DNA of 64,000 bases from an uncultured delta proteobacterium (lineage in GTDB: Bacteria; Desulfobacterota; Syntrophia; Syntrophales; UBA2185), in assembly GCA_963729715.1 (NCBI GenBank), contig CAVSPA010000004.1, positions 96,001 to 160,000 on the forward strand. Direction: 5' to 3'. Position 1 is the first letter of the stretch; every line of letters starts with the position of its first letter. Positions 58,532-64,000 of this stretch are shown here, in pieces. Under the pieces are notes generated by a model. It had not been told where the DNA came from. It worked only from the letters and a program-made list of their open reading frames with translations, and made no database searches. The translations under genes and the position numbers were made by a program.

Positions 58532-61234
58532 ATGCCGCTGACCACATTTTGTTTTCACCTCCATCAGCCTTTCCGTCTCCATCCGGAAAGAAATGAATTT
58601 TTGTGGGAGGAAAAGAACAGGGATGTTTTCATCAAGGTCTCGGAAGAGTGTTACCTCCCCGCCATATCTATGTTTACGGAGCTTATCTCGCGCTACAGTG
58701 GGTTCAAGATTGCCTTCAGCATGTCAGGTACATTTCTCGAGCAGGCCGAACTTTACGAGCCCGACGTAATCAAGAGCTTACAGGGATTGGTTGATGCGGG
58801 AAGGGAAGGACGCCAGGTAGAATTGCTCGATGAAACCTATTATCATTCTCTCACGAGCCTGTTCGCTGATCCCCAAAAGCAGGAGTTCCGGGACCAGGTG
58901 ACGCTTCACAGGGAACAGATCCATAAACTGTTTGGCGTTCTCCCGACGGCATTCAAGAATACGGAACTCATGTACAACAACAGTATTGCAGAAGCCGTTT
59001 CCGATATGGGGTATCTTGCGATTCTCTGCGAAAAGAGAGACGACATGTTCGTTGAGAAGAGCGGCCCCATTTCTTCCAATGCGGTCTTTAGGGCCAAAGG
59101 AAGTAATCTGATTGTTATTCCGAGGAACAGGGAATTGAGCGATGAAATCGCTTTCAGGTTCCCTTATGTCTATGTTTCTCCGGATGAGTATGCATCGCGT
59201 ATAGCGAAAGTCGAAGGCGAAACTGTCTTGTTAGGATATGAGCTGGAGCACATAGGCGAATACATACGGGAGGACAAGGGCATATTCGAGTTCTGGAGGG
59301 GATTGCCGGAAGCTCTCTTACAATTTCCGGATATTATTATGAGCAATCCATCGGAGACAGCCGGACGTTTCTCGGATGCTGATTGTCCGGTCATATCCAT
59401 TCACGATTTATCTCCATCATCATGGGATGATAAAAGGAGAGATACTTTCGGATGGCTGACCAATCCCACACAGGAGGATCTATTCAGAGACATTGAAAGT
59501 ATGGAGAAGGATGTGAGAAGAGCCGGCGGAGAGCTTCTGACCAAATGGCGGCAGTTAACCGCCTCGGAGCATCTCTATTTCCTCCATGAAAAGATTGGTG
59601 AAGATCATGCGGTTCATTTGTATTTTAATCCGTATGATGGATCGATGGGCCAGCCCGCTCATATATTGACGAGGAAGATAGATGACATCCAGATGCTCAT
59701 AAAGAGATTCCATATCTTAAAACATGGCGGTAAGACGGCTCTCTTGATGATAACGCCGGAAACCGCAAGACTGCCGCAAGACATGGGAGCTCTGGCAAGA
59801 TATATTACCGGGAAAAGCGGGGGGCAGGGAGAGGTAATTTCCGCGTTGTGCGAAGGTCTTACAGAGAGGGGCATTGACGTCCATTTGGTGACCTTAAATC
59901 TGAAAAAAAGGTTTCAGAGAGAAATGCATTTGGATGAGCAGCAGTGGCGGGAAATAAGGTACAAAATCGATCCCGAAAAGATTCACCTTATCAGCTCCGC
60001 CATTTTTGCTGACAATTTCAGCGCCTATTCCGGCGATCCGCTGATGACCGCAGCGGAATTTCAAAAAGAGATCGTCAATAATCTGATCAAGGACGTCAGG
60101 GCAAAGCACGGAGGCAGGATTATCATCCATAGTCACGACTGGATGGCGGGAGGCGCCATAACTGCCTATGCCAAGGCCACCGGAATACCCGTTCTGCATA
60201 CAGTCCATAATGTGTTTACGGAAAACGTGCCTATAGATCTGCTCAGGGGGATCAGTCTTGCAAACATTGCCGACTACGTCTTTTTTTCGGAGCACGAAGG
60301 CAAAAAGGCAATAGACTGCCAGGCGACGGCCATAAAGAATGCGACCATTGTCAATTTTGTGGGGAAGAGATTTTTGGAAGAAGTCGTAGACGATTACTTC
60401 ATGGACAGGGTCCTTGTGCCTCCAAGTGTCCGCCAGGAAGTGAAGGCAAAATATTACCAGGACTCTGCCAAGGCCATTATCAATGCTCCTTCCCGCGCGA
60501 TGTATCCGGAGCATTGTGAATACTGTGTGAGGACGTACGGTCCTGAGGGTCCGTTTATGGAAGCAAAAAAAGAAAATCTCCTTGAATTTCAGAAGAGGAC
60601 GGGGCTCCAGATAAATCCGGATGCGATTTTATTTTTCTGGCCTTCGAGGCTCGATCCTTTCCAAAAGGGAGTGGATCTCTTGGAGCACATTGCGCAGCAT
60701 TTCGTGACCGTGAACGGTGATGCGCAAATTGCGATTGTCGCTGATGGTGTGGGAAATGATCGTACGCATGCGGATATTTTGGGGAGAATAGCCTGTGCAT
60801 CAAACGGCAGAATTTCCTACCAGCCCTTCAGTGAAAGTCTTTCCATGCTGGGGTACGCCGCTGCGAATGATGTATTCGGCGCCTCACTTTATGAGCCTTG
60901 CGGGCAGATCGATCAGATAGGAAACCTCTTCGGGGCCACGGCCACCAACCGCGATACAGGCGGGTATCATGACAAGATAAGAGAGCTCAGGCTCAAGAGG
61001 GACGGCTCTCCCCATGATGTAGGCAATGGTTTTCTTTTCAGAGATTATGACCCGGCAGGCTTGTGGTACGGTTTGACTAGGAGCATTGCCTTTCACAGAA
61101 GAACTTTAAAGATCAGGGAAACGCAGATTAAGCGCATCATGAATGAGTCACGTGAAAGATACGACCTCGGCAGCATGATTGCGGAGTACGTCAGAATCTA
61201 TGAGAGACTGAACAGTGGGCGTCCCCTCGCGTAG
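58532..61234 (+). CDS. Fusion of GH57 glycoside hydrolase and glycogen/starch synthase (GT5)
   Basis: N-terminal FHLHQP, ETYYHSL, FKNTEL; C-terminal KSGGQGEV, HSHDW, HTVHN, SRLDPFQKG, SLYEPCG, DTGG. Start taken as ATG 58532. Confidence 0.85.
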   Translation: MPLTTFCFHLHQPFRLHPERNEFLWEEKNRDVFIKVSEECYLPAISMFTELISRYSGFKIAFSMSGTFLEQAELYEPDVIKSLQGLVDAGREGRQVELLDETYYHSLTSLFADPQKQEFRDQVTLHREQIHKLFGVLPTAFKNTELMYNNSIAEAVSDMGYLAILCEKRDDMFVEKSGPISSNAVFRAKGSNLIVIPRNRELSDEIAFRFPYVYVSPDEYASRIAKVEGETVLLGYELEHIGEYIREDKGIFEFWRGLPEALLQFPDIIMSNPSETAGRFSDADCPVISIHDLSPSSWDDKRRDTFGWLTNPTQEDLFRDIESMEKDVRRAGGELLTKWRQLTASEHLYFLHEKIGEDHAVHLYFNPYDGSMGQPAHILTRKIDDIQMLIKRFHILKHGGKTALLMITPETARLPQDMGALARYITGKSGGQGEVISALCEGLTERGIDVHLVTLNLKKRFQREMHLDEQQWREIRYKIDPEKIHLISSAIFADNFSAYSGDPLMTAAEFQKEIVNNLIKDVRAKHGGRIIIHSHDWMAGGAITAYAKATGIPVLHTVHNVFTENVPIDLLRGISLANIADYVFFSEHEGKKAIDCQATAIKNATIVNFVGKRFLEEVVDDYFMDRVLVPPSVRQEVKAKYYQDSAKAIINAPSRAMYPEHCEYCVRTYGPEGPFMEAKKENLLEFQKRTGLQINPDAILFFWPSRLDPFQKGVDLLEHIAQHFVTVNGDAQIAIVADGVGNDRTHADILGRIACASNGRISYQPFSESLSMLGYAAANDVFGASLYEPCGQIDQIGNLFGATATNRDTGGYHDKIRELRLKRDGSPHDVGNGFLFRDYDPAGLWYGLTRSIAFHRRTLKIRETQIKRIMNESRERYDLGSMIAEYVRIYERLNSGRPLA

Positions 61235-61307
61235 CATCAAGGATCACTTCATATACATTATATTTCAACGAATCACATCTATGACATCCTGAAAAGCGGC
61301 TTTTCTC

Positions 61308-61337
61308 TTGACTCACAGCCATCTTTTTCTTTACACT
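61308..61337 (+). promoter_or_regulatory. Putative sigma70 promoter
   Basis: TTGACT-N18-TACACT upstream of 61420. Confidence 0.35.
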
Positions 61338-61419
61338 TATCGGGTAAGGAGCGATTCCACTCAGATGTTAAACGCTCTATCACGCTTGCGAACTATCAAA
61401 GTGGAAGGCTGATTTAGAA

Positions 61420-61995
61420 ATGACAAGGTACGTAGTTTGCATCGTCTTTTTTCTCATGGCATTGATCCACCCGCCCCAATCGTTTGCCGATATCTACAGG
61501 TGGACAGACGCAAGCGGGACAATACACATTGCGGATGACCCCACAGACGTACCTGCCCAATACCGCAAGAATTTGAAAATCACGGAAGGAATGGAGGAAG
61601 CAGGGAAGGGCGAGGACATCCCTTTTGAGAGGACGTCGTCGGGGCTGATCCTGGTTGAAGCCGTGCTTAACGGCGGCGTAAAGGCCAGGATGGTATTTGA
61701 CACGGGTGCAGATATCGTCGTGATAACCGAGGAGCTGTCTAAGAAGTTGAGGCAGAATATTTCCCGAGGCGGCGAGACGATCAAACTTCATACAAACTGT
61801 GGGGAAGTGAGAGGCATATCTTTCGCAGTTAATAAAATCGAGCTCGGCAATGCAGTAAAAGAGAATGTGAGGTCGGTTATAACACCGGATGATTTTGCGC
61901 TGAGCGGCTTTGAGGGTCTCCTGGGTCTCAGTTTTCTCGGAGATTTTAAGATTACTGTGGATTATCAAAAAGGGAAAATCAGGATAGTCAAATAG
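61420..61995 (+). CDS. Secreted DUF4124-like + retropepsin-like (clan AA) aspartic protease
   Basis: Signal peptide, ADIYRWTDASGTIH, VFDTGA catalytic motif, GLLGLSFL. Confidence 0.85.
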   Translation: MTRYVVCIVFFLMALIHPPQSFADIYRWTDASGTIHIADDPTDVPAQYRKNLKITEGMEEAGKGEDIPFERTSSGLILVEAVLNGGVKARMVFDTGADIVVITEELSKKLRQNISRGGETIKLHTNCGEVRGISFAVNKIELGNAVKENVRSVITPDDFALSGFEGLLGLSFLGDFKITVDYQKGKIRIVK

Positions 61996-62102
61996 AGAGA
62001 ATCTGGCTCGTGCGCCGTATGAAGAATGATCTCTCCACGTTTCATGAAGGGAGCGCCGTCCGAGGAAAGGAAATGTTTAATAACCGCGGATAAGTAGATT
62101 AT

Positions 62103-64000
62103 TCAGGGTGTCCGACGGAGGACCAGCGCTGTACGGGTCGGGAGATAAACGGTGGCTCGATTGCGCATGGCGCCGTCGGGAAGTGGCATGGGTCGGGTAA
62201 GGTAGGTCTGTAGGGGCTCGATGCGGCCATGTCCGCCGAAAGCCTTCGTATCGCTGTCGAGGATCAGATTATATTGGCCGGGATGAAGATCAACGGGATA
62301 ATCGGGGAACGACTGCGCAGGATTGAAGCTGAAAAGGAAGACAAGGCCGGCACGCTCGAATCCCAACAACTGATTCTCCTGATGCTCCAGGATTAAGGTT
62401 ATCGTCTCCGTATCGAGAAGGGCGTATTCGGACGCGAGACGCATCATGGCCTTGTCGAATTCGGCAAGAAAGCGGTAGAGAAGACTTTCGTCATCGCGCA
62501 GGTTCCACTGGCGGCGCGCATATCTGTGCGACCAGTTGTTGCCCTCACGGGGGAAATCGATCCATTCCGGATGGCCGAATTCGTTGCCCATGAAGTTCAG
62601 GTAGCCGCTGCCGGCGGTAGCCATGGTAACAAGGCGGATCATCTTGTGCAAAGCCACGCCGCGCTCAACCCTTAAATTGGACTTAAGCACGTTCATGTGA
62701 TCATACATGTCCGCATCTATGAGCCGGAAGATAAGTGTCTTGTCGCCAACAAGCGCCTGGTCATGGGACTCAACGTAGCCGATGGTCTTCTCGTCCGCGC
62801 GGCGATTGGTGAGTTCATGATACAGGTTTCCCATAGGCCACTGCTCGTCAGGTATCTCCTTGGCAACCTTAATCCAGTAATCGGGCACACCCATAGAGAG
62901 ACGATAGTCAAAATCGTAGCCGCCTTCTTCGCTGGGTACGGCGAGCCCCGGCATGCCGCTTACGTCTTCGGCAACGGTGACCGCACCAGGATTCACGGTG
63001 TGTATGACTTTGTTGGCCAAGGTGAGGTACACCAGGGCGTCATCATCGACATTCTTTCCGAAATAATCTTGGTAGGATGAGAATATCCTCTCCAAGCCAT
63101 GGTCGAGATAAAGCATGCTTGTCACACCGTCGAAGCGGAATCCATCGAAATGGTACTCATCGAGCCAGAAGCGGCAGTTGGAGAGGAGGAAATGGAGGAC
63201 TTCAGGTTTGCCGTAGTCGAAACAGCGGGAATCCCATGCCCAGTGGAAGCCCCGCGGGCCATTATGAAAATACTGGTAAAACGTGCCGTCGAAACGGCTG
63301 ATCCCTTCTTGCTCATTGCGGGCCGCATGGGAATGCACGATATCCATGAGTATGGAAATGCCCGCTCCGTGCGCGGCATCGACCAGCGCTTTCAGCTCGT
63401 CCGGCGTGCCGAAGCGAGAGGAGGCGGCAAAAAAGCTGGAGACGTGGTAGCCGAAGGAACCGTAATACGGGTGTTCCTGGATGGCCATAAGTTGGAGGGT
63501 GTTGTACCCGGCATCGACCACGCGGGGCAGGATTTTTTCCCGGAACTCGTCAAAGGTTCCAATCTTCTCCTCAGTCTGGGCCATGCCTACGTGCGCTTCG
63601 TAGATCCTCGGCGCTTCCGGAGAAGGAGAGAACGATTTCTTGCGCCACTGATATGCTGTGCCGGGTGCCCACACTTGGGCGGCAAACAGTTTGGTATGCG
63701 GATCCTGGACCGTCCGGCGGACATAGGCGGGAATACGCTCGCCGTGTCCGCCAGGCCAATGGACAGATAGTTTATAAAGCTGGCCGTGGTTGAGTCTGTC
63801 GCCGGGGAGCCTCAGTTCCCAGTTGCCACCTTCACTGATCCGGCAGAGGGCAAATTCCGGTTCCTTGCGCCAGCCATTGAAATCTCCAATCAGAAATATG
63901 GCGGCGGCATAAGGCGCCCACTCGCGGAACACCCATTGGTCACCTGCGCGATGGAGACCGAAGTATTCGTGGCCGGAGGCGAAATCCGTGAGTGACATGC
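62103..64000 (-). CDS. glgB: 1,4-alpha-glucan branching enzyme (GH13); 5' end probably outside the window
   Basis: FREWAP, IYEAHVGM, DGFRFDGVTSM, AEDVSG, ESHDQALVGDKT, NFMGNEFGHPEW. Confidence 0.93.
   Translation of the reverse strand, partial: MSLTDFASGHEYFGLHRAGDQWVFREWAPYAAAIFLIGDFNGWRKEPEFALCRISEGGNWELRLPGDRLNHGQLYKLSVHWPGGHGERIPAYVRRTVQDPHTKLFAAQVWAPGTAYQWRKKSFSPSPEAPRIYEAHVGMAQTEEKIGTFDEFREKILPRVVDAGYNTLQLMAIQEHPYYGSFGYHVSSFFAASSRFGTPDELKALVDAAHGAGISILMDIVHSHAARNEQEGISRFDGTFYQYFHNGPRGFHWAWDSRCFDYGKPEVLHFLLSNCRFWLDEYHFDGFRFDGVTSMLYLDHGLERIFSSYQDYFGKNVDDDALVYLTLANKVIHTVNPGAVTVAEDVSGMPGLAVPSEEGGYDFDYRLSMGVPDYWIKVAKEIPDEQWPMGNLYHELTNRRADEKTIGYVESHDQALVGDKTLIFRLIDADMYDHMNVLKSNLRVERGVALHKMIRLVTMATAGSGYLNFMGNEFGHPEWIDFPREGNNWSHRYARRQWNLRDDESLLYRFLAEFDKAMMRLASEYALLDTETITLILEHQENQLLGFERAGLVFLFSFNPAQSFPDYPVDLHPGQYNLILDSDTKAFGGHGRIEPLQTYLTRPMPLPDGAMRNRATVYLPTRTALVLRRTP

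Noticed and set aside
93..63995. Many other short ORFs in the track that overlap called genes
   Set aside because: They are antisense or off-frame shadows of well-supported CDSs and have no recognisable motifs.

Overview
Bacterial chromosome segment, most likely from an anaerobic deltaproteobacterium (Desulfobacterota, Syntrophales-like). This assignment is inferred from gene content, not from a search. Bases 1-20.5 kb hold a minus-strand surface-polysaccharide locus: glycosyltransferases, galE, five methyltransferases, a radical SAM enzyme, wzm/wzt, a Wzy_C-family protein, an extended wzc and wza. A RiPP-type cassette resembling the SynChlorMet (Scm) cassette lies between wza and its probable phosphatase wzb (20.7-28.8 kb). 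It contains a nucleotidyltransferase, two PqqD/RRE proteins (one with a twin-arginine signal), two radical SAM/SPASM enzymes, an HPr-kinase-like P-loop protein, an HD-GYP protein and an ExeA-like ATPase. It also encodes a 122-aa precursor with a lasso-type YxxPxL leader followed by nine C-x-x-G repeats. This peptide/glycan-coupled system is the main candidate for novelty. Short palindromic REP/RPE-like elements are scattered over 13-22 kb, and one sits in frame inside the nucleotidyltransferase. The rest is mostly housekeeping: recCBD, pckG, pyrKD, rimI, hrpA and glycogen genes. It also includes a divergent RelA/SpoT-like protein next to a guanylate-kinase-like gene, a GH57-glycogen synthase fusion and one frameshifted gene. 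No rRNA, tRNA, CRISPR array or transposase was recognised. All calls come from reading motifs by eye; no database search was run.
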